A program made the translations under genes and the position numbers. Positions 31,639-42,921 of a DNA stretch of 64,000 nucleotides are shown here, one piece after another (within the stretch, counting starts at the first letter, position 1; every line of letters begins with the position of its first letter). The notes under the pieces were generated by a model, which worked only from the letters and a program-made list of their open reading frames with translations, did not search any database and was not told the origin of the DNA. Origin of the DNA: Candidatus Latescibacterota bacterium (GTDB taxonomy: Bacteria; Latescibacterota; UBA2968); NCBI GenBank assembly GCA_965198115.1, contig OZ240241.1:7648001-7712000 (forward strand), given 5' to 3'.

Positions 31639-32150
31639 TCACCACTGGATCAGGATTCGAAGATTCAGCGGACTGAGGATGCTTCCGAACTGAGCACCAT
31701 CGCCGTCTCTCGCAAGGCCGAAACGCAATCGGGGGGTCCAGAAGATGTATCGATAGCCCATCATCGGTGCGACATAGCCCCCGACAAACAGTCCGGTTCC
31801 ACCCCCGTCATCTTCGGCAGCGAAGCCCGCCACGGTTGCACCGACATCCACGTGGAGGAAGTCCGTCACCGGGTAGCGAATGAAGCCCGATCCGTGGAGG
31901 AGCTCTCAGATGTTCTTGTCAAAGGTGTGGGTGTTCTCTTCCCAGGCGTATCCGAGTTCTCCACCGAAATAGAAACTTCGCTCGGTTTTCCTGGCGTACG
32001 AGAGTGAAACTGTAAGGGGCTTCCTGAATCCAGGTTGTGGGGGTCCCATCCTGGTTCGAGGCCAAAGTGGTGGTCTGGTGGTGGGCTCGGTTGGGCAGCC
32101 GCCAATGTATAAGACGTGGAAAGAAGTAGGAGGAACATCGTCACGTTCAT
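31639..32150 (-). pseudogene. Small outer-membrane beta-barrel-like protein with a frameshift and a TGA
   Basis: Signal peptide MNVTMFLLLLST..AAAQ; alternating strands FYFGGELGYAW..NI*ELL..LHVDVGAT..; terminal LRILIQW. Confidence 0.55.
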
Positions 32151-32190
32151 TGCATAGAGGAGTCGTCGTGGTTTGAACCACAGCTGTGCG

Positions 32191-32814
32191 CTAGAATCGG
32201 AACGAAAGAGCGAGGGTAGGTTGGTTTCGACCGCGGCCGGGTGAGAAGCCAAGATTGAAATCACGCGGAAAGACGTCCTCCCACCTCTCACAGATGAATG
32301 CGCCTACGATCGCACCAATCATCCCACCCACAATAGCTCCGCTGGAGAATCCAGCGCCCAGGACTATAGCGTGGGTAGACGTCGGAATGTCTTGGGGATC
32401 GTCACTCAACCTTCTGAGCGACACACTGAGGATGACCGCGCCGACCGCTCCTGCAAGGCCGCCTGGCAACCACCCACGCCGCGCCCCACGCCACATTCTG
32501 GACGATATCCCTCGACGGACCTCGAGCCCTGTTACGGTCGACGTCGGAATCGCGTACTCACGCCGGTCTGAGATGAATTTTTGAAATCCGTCCTGTCGCT
32601 CGGCCTTCAGCACGATGTGACCAGGCCTTACGCTCACCACCTTCCCAACGATCGCTCGATACCGGACTTCGGATGTGACGAGTCTTACCGTAACACCAGG
32701 TGAAACCGGCAGGGGCTCGGCGAAGGGACATTGCGGGAATGAGAGCAGGACCGGAACGATGATGGCCGCCGTCCACGGCCTGCGAGCGCTCTGCAAACAG
32801 AATCGTCCAATCAT
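32191..32814 (-). CDS. Hypothetical exported/membrane protein with a glycine-zipper hairpin
   Basis: GVTVRLV..GKVV; GGLAGAVGAVI and GAIVGGMIGAIVGAF..ERWE; terminal LSFRF. Confidence 0.6.
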   Translation of the reverse strand: MIGRFCLQSARRPWTAAIIVPVLLSFPQCPFAEPLPVSPGVTVRLVTSEVRYRAIVGKVVSVRPGHIVLKAERQDGFQKFISDRREYAIPTSTVTGLEVRRGISSRMWRGARRGWLPGGLAGAVGAVILSVSLRRLSDDPQDIPTSTHAIVLGAGFSSGAIVGGMIGAIVGAFICERWEDVFPRDFNLGFSPGRGRNQPTLALSFRF

Positions 32815-33899
32815 CTTGCGAACCTTTCGGCTATGAACTGATGACGATAGAGCGCAAGAGCCGTGTCGGTGGTGACGGATCCAAATCGGCCAGTTTGGAG
32901 GCGTACTTAAGACGGAAATCGAAAATGCACTGTAGTTCAGTCGATACACTGTGGATCACAGACACAGCCGGCAGACTGATACGTTGACAGTTTGCGTTTT
33001 AGCGACTAGATGCCAAGAAGACGCCCCTCTATCGGTCTGAGAGAGGGGCGAAATCGTGTAGTCCGTGTTTTGGGGACGGAAAACGCTGGGATGCTCGATC
33101 GATCGTCGAGGCATGGTGATAAGATTGGATCGACATCGGGAGTGTCAGTTACTCATCGATTAATTCGGCTACAGTCTGACACCCTCACAAGCGCTTGCTT
33201 CAGAACCTCCTTCATCGGGTAAACGTACTCCTCGGTCGACCAACCGCCCTTCTTCCACGACGCCTCGGGGATCTGAGATCGGGTGTTCGCAGACGGTGAC
33301 CTTGATACCGGGCGAGTTTTACTTCCGTTCGGAACCGCCCGTTTCCGGAACCGGTCGGGCTTCGACGACGACGAGGCCGTGGGTCTGGATCGCTTGCGTG
33401 GTGGGGGCGCGGTGGGTCTCTATGGGTAAGGTGGTCGACAAGCCATCCTCAGACTGGCCTGTCGTATTGATAGTCAGGCGTTTTCATTAGAAGAGAGAAT
33501 CACAATACTCGGACGATCGTGCACCGCCATCCGAAGGGATCCGCTATCAAGCATTTCATTTCGCGATCTCCAGCAAGCTTCCGGGTTCCCATAGGATGCC
33601 GATCAGAAATTGCTTCAGGTCATCTACGAAGTAGGCGTTGTATGTGTCCTGACCGAAATGAACACGCGAGAACAGCCCGAACCCCCCCGCCGCCTCACCG
33701 TGTGTGAGACTTCGATCTAAAGGTAGCCTTCCGGCACTCCACGGTGAGAATTGGGGGCGATCTCTCCGCCGATCCGCAATCGGGTACGGCCGGCAAGCGC
33801 GAAGCCTCTCAACAGGTCCGTCGTCTCCAGCTCTCCCTGAAGCATATACCTGCGTTTGCCATACAGCTCGAGATCGCGGTCCGATATGCCTCCCGGGCC

Positions 33900-34372
33900 C
33901 TTTTTTTTAGCGATAAGGGCACCTTCTTCGATGTCTGGCTTGGTCCTGTTGGACCCGGTGGCCGGCGCATCGATACTGGACACATTTTGCGGGGGCAGAA
34001 GACATTATCAAAGCACGCGGCGCACGGCTATTGGGGCCCGGACCAAATTTCCCTCCGGGATGCCCAGGGCAATGAGAGGCACGAATCCCAAACGGATTTT
34101 GGCTGGAAGCTCTATCTCAACAATCCGCTTGCAGATTGTGAACCCCCGGTTTATATGAAAAATTCAATGCGCCTCGCTTTGTCACAAGGCACGGCAGAAG
34201 GCAGACCCTTGCAGATTGTCACTGCCCGCTGGCAGCTTTTTGAAGAAAATGGTATAAGTTATGTCCACGCACGACTGAACGATGCGAATGACGAAACCTA
34301 TTCCCATTCTGCAAACTATGGGGAATATGATCCAGAAACCGGCGAAGCGAGTGTTGAACTTGAGATACCGGA
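33900..34372 (+). pseudogene. Internal fragment of a lower-GC extracellular protein, cut by IS3
   Basis: GYWGPDQISLRDAQGNER..DFGWKLYLNNPLAD; no credible start; ends at the IS3 left end. Confidence 0.4.
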
Positions 34373-34438
34373 TCCAGCGCCCCGGGGTTTTCTTGGACAC
34401 TCCGTTGACCTACAGTAGGTCGAAAAGGAGGGTCCACC

Positions 34439-34822
34439 ATGAACAAGGCTACCAGGGGATCGGTTGGGGCGGAGCGAGCGAGAGCGAGCGGAGGCCCAGC
34501 CGATCCAAGCGCGACTTCGCAGGGTCGTTTCTCCGTGAAGAAGAAGGCCGAAGCCGTATTACGTGTGATGCGTGGCGAGAGCCTCGACAGCGTCTCTCGC
34601 GATCTGGGAGTAACGGCAGCTAAATTGAGCGAGTGGCGCGATCAGTTCCACTCTGGCGCCCAGGCCGCACTACGCTCTCGTCCGAGCGACGAGCGTGACG
34701 AGAGGGTCAAGGACCTCCAGGCGAAGATTGGCGAGCTCACGATGGACAACGAGCTGCTGCAACAAAGAATCGATCGTCTGGAAGCCCGCCGCCCTTTGGC
34801 GCATCGGAGGTCGCGGAAATGA
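34439..34822 (+). CDS. IS3 OrfA (HTH)
   Basis: RFSVKKKAEAVLR..SRDLGV..LSEWRDQF; LQAKIGELTMDNELL. Confidence 0.9.
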   Translation: MNKATRGSVGAERARASGGPADPSATSQGRFSVKKKAEAVLRVMRGESLDSVSRDLGVTAAKLSEWRDQFHSGAQAALRSRPSDERDERVKDLQAKIGELTMDNELLQQRIDRLEARRPLAHRRSRK

Positions 34823-35712
34823 GTGAGGTCCTTTCGCCCTCCACGGGGAGACGCTACAGCATTAAACGCGTGTGCAAAGTGTTGCAGATACCCCGTTCCA
34901 CGGTGCACAGCCAGCTTCGTCGTTCATCCGTAACCGATCTTCGGCAACCCCGGAAGCGAGGCCCGGTCGGAGCGGGTACCGATGAGGAATTGGTCTCCCT
35001 CATTCAGCAGGAGATCGACGCGTCACCCTTCCACGGCGAAGGATACCGCAAGATCTGGGCCAGGCTTCGCTTTCACGGTATGCGGACGTCAAAGGATCGG
35101 GTCCGCCGGTTGATGCGTGAAAACGGGCTCCAGGCGCGTCCAGGACGGCGTCGCGAACGACGAGCCCACGATGGCACGATTACGACCGAGAAGCCCGATC
35201 AGATGTGGGGCACCGACCTGACTGTGACGCCCACGGTCGACGAGGGCAGAGCCTCCGTGTTTATCGCGATCGACCACTGCACGTGCGAGTGTGTGGGCAT
35301 TCACGCCTCCAAGACGGCCAACCGCTTTGAGGCTCTCGAGCCGATCCGACAGGGCATCCGTGAACACTTCGGGGGCTTCGAAGAAAACATCGCCGAAGGA
35401 CTGGAGCTCCGACACGATCACGGGTCACAATACGTCTCTGACGACTTCCAGAACGAGATCGCATTCCTCGGCGTCCAAACATCGCCGAGTTTCGTGCGTG
35501 AGCCAGAAGGCAACGGATGCGCCGAGCGGTTCATCCGTACCCTCAAAGAAAACCTCCTGTGGGTTAGACACTTCAGTACCATCGAAGACCTGCGCCTCGC
35601 ACTCCTTGAGTTTCGGGACAGATACAACCACAGGTGGATCATCGAACGTCACGGCTACAAGACGCCCGAACAGGCTAGAAACGCACTCACGGCAACTCGA
35701 AAGGCCGCCTGA
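34819..35712 (+). CDS. IS3 OrfB (rve/DDE integrase)
   Basis: GYRKIWARL, WGTDLT, RHDHGSQY, NGCAERFIRTLKE. Confidence 0.93.
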   Translation: MSEVLSPSTGRRYSIKRVCKVLQIPRSTVHSQLRRSSVTDLRQPRKRGPVGAGTDEELVSLIQQEIDASPFHGEGYRKIWARLRFHGMRTSKDRVRRLMRENGLQARPGRRRERRAHDGTITTEKPDQMWGTDLTVTPTVDEGRASVFIAIDHCTCECVGIHASKTANRFEALEPIRQGIREHFGGFEENIAEGLELRHDHGSQYVSDDFQNEIAFLGVQTSPSFVREPEGNGCAERFIRTLKENLLWVRHFSTIEDLRLALLEFRDRYNHRWIIERHGYKTPEQARNALTATRKAA

Positions 35713-35867
35713 ATACACTCACCCGAGTGTCCAGACAACCGCGGGCTTTACAGTGGTCCTTCAAATAAGACCGAAAGGTGTGCAGAAATAAGTTGGCGCA
35801 TTTGCAGGCCCTTATGCATCAGGTTTTCCATGTGTATTCGACGTGAATCCAGCGTTTGACAAAGTGA

Positions 35868-36144
35868 TGTCAGGGATCGCCCTAATCAGGCCACCCCTGA
35901 TCGGCCTAATCAGGCCACTTGGAAGTGGCGTTTTGGGTCTCGGACACGGTTTTGTATTTAGCTCTTTTTCACCCCCTTTCCAACTGGGTTTTTGGATTTC
36001 TGGCATGGGTCTTGGTGCTCGGTAACTTTCGCCGTCGAGGACGACTCGATAAGCAGGGTGTCGAAGTCGGTCGAGGGTGGCCGCTCCCAGGCGTCTGTTC
36101 GGGAAGGCGTGGCCCCCTTCTTCGAAGTCGAGGTTGCTTGTGAC
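35868..36144 (-). mobile_element. istB: IS21-family right-end remnant with the istB 3' end
   Basis: TGTCA terminus, repeated CCTAATCAGGCCAC; AATLDRLRH.AYRVVLDGESYR. Confidence 0.85.
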
Positions 36145-36519
36145 GACGCGTTGACCGATGCGCTGTCCCATTCCGAATGGTGGATGCGAGCGGCTGCCGC
36201 TGACATTCTCGGCGACATCGGGGCTCCGGCAACGCCTTCGATCTCCGCGCTGACCGAAGCGATGCGTGATGACAGCGAGTGGGTACGTCGTAATGCGACC
36301 GAAGCGCTGGGCACGTTGAGAGCTAAATCAGCGGTTCCCGCGCTCGCCAGGGCGTTGTCAGATGAAAGTGACCGAGTCCGACATAACGCCGCTTTAACCC
36401 TCATCAAGATCGGCGCCCCGGCTGTCGTCGCCCGCACCGGGCTCACCCAAGCGCTCGACGATGAGAATCGTTATGTCCGAGCCCTTTCCTGCCTTGCTCT
36501 GGACATGACCCCTGGTTAG
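36145..36519 (+). pseudogene. HEAT/PBS-lyase repeat protein, 3' fragment
   Basis: LTDALSHSEWWMRAAAADILG, DDSEWVRRNATEALG, DESDRVRHNAALTL. Confidence 0.8.
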
Positions 36520-36708
36520 CCCAGATCTCGATTGTTCTTCACGCTTGTGTGGATCGATCAGAAACCGAGGCGCTCCTTAAGACCGTTGAATCAGCCCGTC
36601 TCGCCACGGATTAGCGGACCAGGTAAAGGCGGCCACGAGCAACGCGGCTGTTTCACATATAGACCGCGGGTCATCACCCCGGTCGTCACCGACCCGGATC
36701 GTACTGGA

Positions 36709-36803
36709 GCCTGTCCCGAGCGCAATCGAGGGAGCGTGGGCCACAAGCCCCCGCGGCGCGTGAGCGGGACTTTTTTGCTTCTCTTTTGGTCACAAAAGAG
36801 AAG
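36709..36803. repeat. REP-like unit plus structured T-rich hairpin element
   Basis: GCCTGTCCCGAGCGCAATCGAGGG (inverse relative of the 28157 unit); CTTCTCTTTT-GGTCAC-AAAAGAGAAG. Confidence 0.5.
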
Positions 36804-36868
36804 AACGGATAGTAACGCAGAAAGGGTTTGAGTATCGATATCCACTCTTCTGGTTGGAGACTCATTTC

Positions 36869-37743
36869 TCAAATGACCTGGTCCAGCGCCTTCATATACC
36901 CGATTGTCCAGCTTAACCCCGCCGCACGGTCTCCTGCGATCGTTGGGTAGTGTTCGGGATAGATCTGTCCTTTGTAGTCAATCTCCTTCAACGCTCTGAA
37001 CGTCTCCACCATATCCACTTCACCCGTCCCAAACGCGACCTCCAGGTAGCCTAACCCTTCCAGCCGTTCACGCACTTCCTGATCGACCGGACCACCCACC
37101 TGCGTCACGATGTCTCTGATGTGAACCATGAACGTCCGGTCGCCGAATGCCCGCACGGCGGTGCCCAGATCGTCCCCCGCCAACTCCGACTTGCCCTGGC
37201 AGAAAATCACCCCATTCGCCGGGCTGTCGACCTCCTTGAACAGACGCTCCATCGTCTCCAGGTTCCACAGGATTCGGTCAGGCCTGTGAAAGTGATGGGT
37301 TGAAACCTTGACGCCTTGTTCCTCCGCCACATCCGTCAGCTCTCGATAGTACTCCACGAGCCCTGCCCACAGACACTCCCGCTCCGCCTGGCCTTCGGGC
37401 ACGATTTCATTGCTCGAGTACAGATGGAGAAAGGGATGCCCGCTTTTCCCATCGCCTTCACGATACCCGTCATCACCGCCATCTCCTCGCCCCGTACTTC
37501 CGGATCCTTCAGTGCGGCGAGACTCGTACGCGGCGGCCTCAGCGAGGATAGCATCACGCCGCCTGCCCGATAGGTCTCCGCCACGCCAGCCAGGTCATCC
37601 GCATCCGGCACCTCACCGCCGTCCTTCGCCAGCTCCGAGGCCGAGTGAATGATGAAGTGGACATCGGAATCTGTGCAGAACGCGATGTTCTTCTCGTGGG
37701 CTGTCCCGAATGGTGCGAAAATGCCAATGTCGAGCATGGCCAT
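36869..37743 (-). pseudogene. Mannonate dehydratase/xylose-isomerase-like TIM barrel, frameshifted near 37420
   Basis: AEEQGVKVSTH, DSPANGVIFCQG, VHIRDI, GEVDM..YKGQIYPEH. Confidence 0.75.
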
Positions 37744-37889
37744 CCTCCTTGGGCTACTTCTGCTTCGATTGGGTCAATATATCTTCGCGGCTTCGCGCCT
37801 TGGTGTCTTCGTGATACTCCTCCCTGGTGTTCAAGACATCTATGTTGCCATGAACACGCCCCTTTGCCGATGCGACCACCACAACCGGG

Positions 37890-38801
37890 TCACCCCGCTA
37901 GCCTGGCGACCGCCTCGACATGCGCCGGCGAAAGACCACAACACCCCCCGATTCCGTTGATCTCTTCAGCAATCCACTGCTTACCGTAGTCAGCGAGCCT
38001 ATCGGGCGTGAGCGAGTCGTCAAAACGCCAGTTGGGCATCTCGAACGTACCCGAATCCGGGTACGCATAGACCGGTCCCTCGAAGTTCTCACGAATAGCC
38101 TTGATCGCATCCGAAACAAGCGGGCTGCCGGTGTGCATCACGCCGATCGCGGCGATCCCCGGCCGGTTAGCTGCATCCGTCAACTCGGAAAAGGGAATGT
38201 CCTGGCTCTGCGAAAAAGAGAGTAGCGATCCGTCGCCTGCGCTGCGGGCAGAAAGACCCACCCACACAGGGAGTCCCGTTTCCACGGCCGCCGTCAAGGC
38301 CAGTTCGATCCTGTGTGGCAGATACATCATCTCCAACAGGATCAGATCGACACCCTCCTGCGCCATGATCGAGACCATCTCACCGAACGTATCGGTTAGC
38401 TCCTGGATCGACGCCGACGGCGTTCCGCCGTAGCCCTCCGTCCAGTGGGACAGTGAACCCGCCACGGCCACACCCTCGACACCCGCTCGGTCGCGGGCTC
38501 GCTGAACCGTCTCGATAGCGGCACGATTCACATCGTAAACGCGGTCCCAGTATCCCGCCGCCTCCAGCATCGGCCGTGACGACGAAAACGTATTCGCCGT
38601 GACGATGCGAGCACCTGCCTCGATGTAATCGACGTGAATCTGTTCGAGCACATCCGACTGTTCGAGATTCGCCGTCGCGCTCCAGGACTGCTTGTCCATC
38701 GTCACGCCACGCCGTTCCAGCTCGGTACCGATGCCGGCGTCAATCACGATCAACTCGTTCGATGCGATGCGTTTTTCTATGGCTTCGTAGGACATAGTCA
38801 A
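37890..38801 (-). CDS. Homocysteine S-methyltransferase family protein
   Basis: IDAGIGTEL, IHVDYIEAGA..ANTF, VDLILLE, IGGCCGLSPAH. Confidence 0.9.
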   Translation of the reverse strand: MTMSYEAIEKRIASNELIVIDAGIGTELERRGVTMDKQSWSATANLEQSDVLEQIHVDYIEAGARIVTANTFSSSRPMLEAAGYWDRVYDVNRAAIETVQRARDRAGVEGVAVAGSLSHWTEGYGGTPSASIQELTDTFGEMVSIMAQEGVDLILLEMMYLPHRIELALTAAVETGLPVWVGLSARSAGDGSLLSFSQSQDIPFSELTDAANRPGIAAIGVMHTGSPLVSDAIKAIRENFEGPVYAYPDSGTFEMPNWRFDDSLTPDRLADYGKQWIAEEINGIGGCCGLSPAHVEAVARLAG

Positions 38802-38879
38802 ACCCAGTGTTCAGGAGTTCAGGAGTTCAGTGTTCAGGATAAATCACTCACAGTTCTGGTCATTACATCAAGCGATACG

Positions 38880-38993
38880 ATTGTCATCCCGGCATTCTGT
38901 TGAGCCGGGATCCATTTTCGCACCGTCACAGTCTGGCTATAGTGGTGCAGAGTCAAAATGGGCCCCGGCTAAAAAGCGTACCGGGGTGACAAT
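38880..38993. repeat. REP doublet (REPIN-like)
   Basis: ATTGTCATCCCGGC..GCCGGGATCCATTTT and the inverted copy AAAATGGGCCCCGGC..CCGGGGTGACAAT. Confidence 0.75.
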
Positions 38994-39015
38994 GTTCCTT
39001 TCCTATGCTCTATCT

Positions 39016-40513
39016 TCAATATTCAATGTCAAATTTCTTCAAAAGGAAACATCGGCTTACGTCGATAGACATAGTCGAACGTCCGCATATCCGCGGCAGT
39101 CGCACCCGTCGTGTTGACACGCGTATCAGTTTCGTGCAAACGGGCTCGTAGGCCGCCACGGGTGCGTGAACGCCCTTCGCCACGAGGATCTGAAAATCGG
39201 CGGGATCCAACCCGATGCTCGTCAACAACACCGAGACTCACCGGCACGGTCCGTCTCGACGTCAGACTAATCGTCAAGCCGGTATCCGTCACGACCACAG
39301 CCGTAGGCCCCATATCGAAATGTGTGTAACCTCCGTGACGGACCTCCGTCTCTTCGAACTTGCCGTCGTGCAGACTCTTGACGGTCACCGACGCCTCCAA
39401 AGGCTCGCCGTGGCGGTCATCCGTCTTCCCGCCCATCGTAAGCGTGACCTTCGCACCTACACCGGCCTCTCGCGCCCGATCCTGCGACTCCCGATCGAAC
39501 AGACAGACGTGGAGCCGTCGTGTCCCCTCGTCGATGGATCTCGTGGGCAATCAGCGTACTGTCCGCGGCTGACCCACCTCCAACGTTGTCGCCCATATCG
39601 AGCAGACAGACCGGCCCATCCTGCGTCACCGCCTGCTCGACGGCCTCAACCACCGTCGTGTACTCGCCCACGAAAGCTTCTCGATTCGCAAGCATATGCG
39701 CCGCCAGCTCATCCGCCAGTCGCTGAGCCAGATCGGATCGTCATCCGTCACCACGATTGCGGATGATCCCATCTCCTCAACATCCGCATACGGAAACCCG
39801 AGCACGATGCTGTTGGACAGAACGCCTGACTCGCTTAGCTGTTCATCCGCGAATTCATAGAGCGGTAAACACGGCCACTCCGATGTCAGTTGCCGCTTGA
39901 TGTTGATCCCAAAGGCAAGGAAAGACGCTCCTTGAACCGGTTTGATCTCCCCACGCAGGGTCCGGACGATCAGATCGACCCCTTCGTAACCTCGCTCCTT
40001 TTGGTCAAGATGCGGATTCGACCGATAGGCAATCGTGGCATCGCACGCGTCGACCATTCGCGCCGACAGATTGGCGTGGGGATCGATCACACAGACGATC
40101 GGGACATCAGCTCCGACCTCATCTCGCAACTTCGCAAGCCAGAATCCGTCCAGGTCTTGGTACGCCTCGCCTTCGCCCGCATTCGCCCCGTGCGGAGAAA
40201 CCAGGAAACCGTCGAGGGGTCCCGCCTGCGCCAACGCGACGAACATCATCTCGATCAACGTCTCACACGTCTCTTTCGTAATCGTGCCGGATGGCGGAGT
40301 CGCCGCGTAAAAAATCGGCACGGCTTCGGCGTCAGCTTTTTCCAACCCATCCAGGAACGCGGACATCTGGTGATGCCCACCCTCGAACGCTCCACGCACC
40401 GTTTCCCCGACGAGTAGACTGTCACGTCGAAACGAGTCGATCGTCGTCGGCGTCACCGCGAAGGTGTTCGATTCGTGCATCAGTGATAGGATTCCGATTC
40501 TCATATCACTCAC
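39016..40513 (-). pseudogene. M81/MlrC family metallopeptidase with several frameshifts
   Basis: MHESNTF, SPHGA, DPHANLS, YRSNPHLD, GFPYADV, DMGDNVGGG, VAKGVHAP across four frames. Confidence 0.88.
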
Positions 40514-40689
40514 CGGAAGTCTGATTCTTGTTCAGCTGCAGGACCATCATCGACCTGGCCAATCGCGACTTACCAAAACGTCCCTGCGCACAGCACAGGG
40601 ACGAGGATTCCGTGTTTTCAATAAGAAAGCGACCGTGGGTCGGAAGGATCTAAGGTTTCTGTACTGCCTCAATACTCGATTCTCGATAC

Positions 40690-42018
40690 TCAATCCTCGA
40701 TTTTGGCTTCCTCCACCGCCTTCCCAATCGCCTCCACCAAGCCATCGATGTGTTTTTCTTCTGTCGGCAGGCAGATCGCATTCATCGCCATGCCCTGCGA
40801 TAAATAGTACCCTTGCGTGATCAAAGACAGGAACACCGCCTTCGCCGTGTCCTTGTCAGATCGGGCCATATCGCGATACGTGCGCACCCGCTCCACCCCG
40901 AAGTGTATGCTGAACACGGACCCGGTCACGACGACGTGCGCGGTCATGCCGATCTTTTCGAACAGCGCATCCAGGCCTTTCTTGAGCCTGATGCCAAGAC
41001 CGTTCATATGCACGTGTGCCTCGTCCGTCAATTGCTCCATCGTCGCGAGGCCAGCTGCCATCGCCACCGCGTGCGAGCTGTGCGTACCGCTCTGGAAAAC
41101 CGTAGCGCCACCCTTCGTATTGTCCAACTGATCCATCACGTCTGCCCGCCCGCCAAAGGCCCCGACCGGAAACCCCCCACCGACGATCTTCCCGTAACAC
41201 GACAGATCCGGCTCAATCTCCATATAGCTCTGCAACCCGCCTCGGGCCTGCCGGAATCCGACGATCTCGTCGAAGATCATCAGCATCCCCAGTTCCCTCG
41301 TTATCTCCCACACGCGCCGGACGAATTCGTGTCGTTGCGGAATGATCCCCGCTTTTGGATCCATGATGACGCACGCCAGCTCGTCCCGGTAGCGCGACAG
41401 CAGCCGCTCGACGTTCTCATCGTCGTCGTAGGGCAGAACGACAACGTCTTCGTGTGCGCGCGGGGCCATTCCGCCGGCCGTCGGCACGGCGTTCGGCTCA
41501 TCGGCTTCGCCCACGTCGTCGAGCGACGGCGAAGTGCTGACCTCCACTGCGTCGTGGCTCCCGTGATAGCCACCCTCGAACTTGGCAATTTTCGGTTTCC
41601 CCGTGAACTGACGCGCCAGCCTGATCGCGTGCAGCGTCGCCTCCGTCCCCGAGTTGACGAATCGCACCCGGTCGAGAGATTTGACACGATCGCACATATG
41701 CTGCGCCATCTTCGTCTCGACCCCAGTGGGTCCGCCCAACGCGATCCCCTCGCTCAACTGCCCCCGCACTGCGACCACAACTGCAGGATGGTTGTGTCCG
41801 AGAACCTGTGCTGTATGGTGATTGCAGAAATCGATGTAGGTCCGACCATCCACGTCGTCCAGCTCACAACCGGACCCACGTCGCCACGTGATCGGATAGG
41901 GCGGATAGAAATACGCACCCTTCGACGCGCCCGCGTTGACCTCACGTCCCTCCTCGAACAGCTTCAGCGACTTTGGTGTCAGTTCCCTATATCGTGCTTC
42001 GATTGCCTTGATCCCCAT
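40690..42018 (-). CDS. Class III aminotransferase (glutamate-1-semialdehyde aminomutase-like)
   Basis: DVDGRTYIDF, LGHNHP, RFVNSGTEA, KFEGGYHG, IFDEIVGFR, YGKIVGGGFPVGAFGG. Confidence 0.9.
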   Translation of the reverse strand: MGIKAIEARYRELTPKSLKLFEEGREVNAGASKGAYFYPPYPITWRRGSGCELDDVDGRTYIDFCNHHTAQVLGHNHPAVVVAVRGQLSEGIALGGPTGVETKMAQHMCDRVKSLDRVRFVNSGTEATLHAIRLARQFTGKPKIAKFEGGYHGSHDAVEVSTSPSLDDVGEADEPNAVPTAGGMAPRAHEDVVVLPYDDDENVERLLSRYRDELACVIMDPKAGIIPQRHEFVRRVWEITRELGMLMIFDEIVGFRQARGGLQSYMEIEPDLSCYGKIVGGGFPVGAFGGRADVMDQLDNTKGGATVFQSGTHSSHAVAMAAGLATMEQLTDEAHVHMNGLGIRLKKGLDALFEKIGMTAHVVVTGSVFSIHFGVERVRTYRDMARSDKDTAKAVFLSLITQGYYLSQGMAMNAICLPTEEKHIDGLVEAIGKAVEEAKIED

Positions 42019-42080
42019 ATCCTCACCTCGGCCAGTGCAGGGACCTACTTTGGTCACTTGTACGGGTCAATGGTCACCGG

Positions 42081-42833
42081 TCAATTCAGTTTTAGTATCC
42101 GCTTCGCATTCTGCCCCAGCACCATCCGTTTCGCATCATCGTCGATATCCGCCGTAATGATCTTACCCAGCTGGGACCGCGGATCCATCAATGGGATATC
42201 CGACCCGAACAGCACGCGATCCGCGCCCGCCTCCTCCACGAGGCGCTCGATCACCCCCGGCTCCCTGAACGTCGAACACGTCTCCAGATACACATTAGGA
42301 TTCGCTTGGGCCGCTTCGATCGACTGCGTGCGATACGGCTCCGAATTCCCCGAATGACCGATCACGAATTGCACGTTCGGGAATCGCCCGGCGATCACGC
42401 CCACCTGCACCGGCTGACACGTCGCTTCCTGACCTGTATGCGTGATCAATGCCAGGCCTCGTTCATCCGCGAACCCGTAGATCGGGTCCCAGACAGAATC
42501 CGTCAACGGCCATCGCGAATACGGTGGATAGATCTTGATGGCCGGGAACCCCAGTTTATCGATCGATCGTTCGAGCTCAGGAACCATCCGTTCCGGCATC
42601 AGCGGCGAGACATACGCGAAACCGATGAACCGGTCCGGGTTCTTGGCCACGAAGGCCGCTGTCTCGTCGTTGCCCGTCGTCCCGTCAGGATGGAAGATGT
42701 TGAACAGACAACTCCGATCGATCCCCACCGCATCCATCGCGTGAAGGAACTGCGCAGAGTCGTCGTCCATCTCGTAGATGTCCCAACGTCCGGTGTGCCC
42801 GTGAAAATCGATGATTTCTTGGCCGTCAATCAT
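42081..42833 (-). CDS. Amidohydrolase_2 family protein
   Basis: IDFHGH, IKIYP, ITHTG, VIGHSG, RVLFGSD.P. Confidence 0.9.
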   Translation of the reverse strand: MIDGQEIIDFHGHTGRWDIYEMDDDSAQFLHAMDAVGIDRSCLFNIFHPDGTTGNDETAAFVAKNPDRFIGFAYVSPLMPERMVPELERSIDKLGFPAIKIYPPYSRWPLTDSVWDPIYGFADERGLALITHTGQEATCQPVQVGVIAGRFPNVQFVIGHSGNSEPYRTQSIEAAQANPNVYLETCSTFREPGVIERLVEEAGADRVLFGSDIPLMDPRSQLGKIITADIDDDAKRMVLGQNAKRILKLN

Positions 42834-42921
42834 TCTTTTTCGCCGTCAGAGGCGGCGCCTACCCCGCATCCTTCATCTCAGTGGCTGCCTGGTTTTAGCA
42901 TCTTCTCCAGACGACGTCCAT

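Larger units (their letters stand above)
34373..35752 (+). mobile_element. IS3-family element (left end approximate)
   Basis: Imperfect IRs ..GGGGTTTTCTTGGACACTC and GAGTGTCCAGACAACCGCGGGCTTTACA; orfA and orfB overlap at ATGA. Confidence 0.85.

Noticed and set aside
31906-31908. In-frame TGA suggesting an alternative genetic code
   Set aside because: Many intact genes (csp, tauD, MFS) end properly at TGA, and the same gene is also frameshifted
32950-33900. Possible gene or group II intron remnant
   Set aside because: Only short broken frames; no RT motif or domain V hairpin recognised
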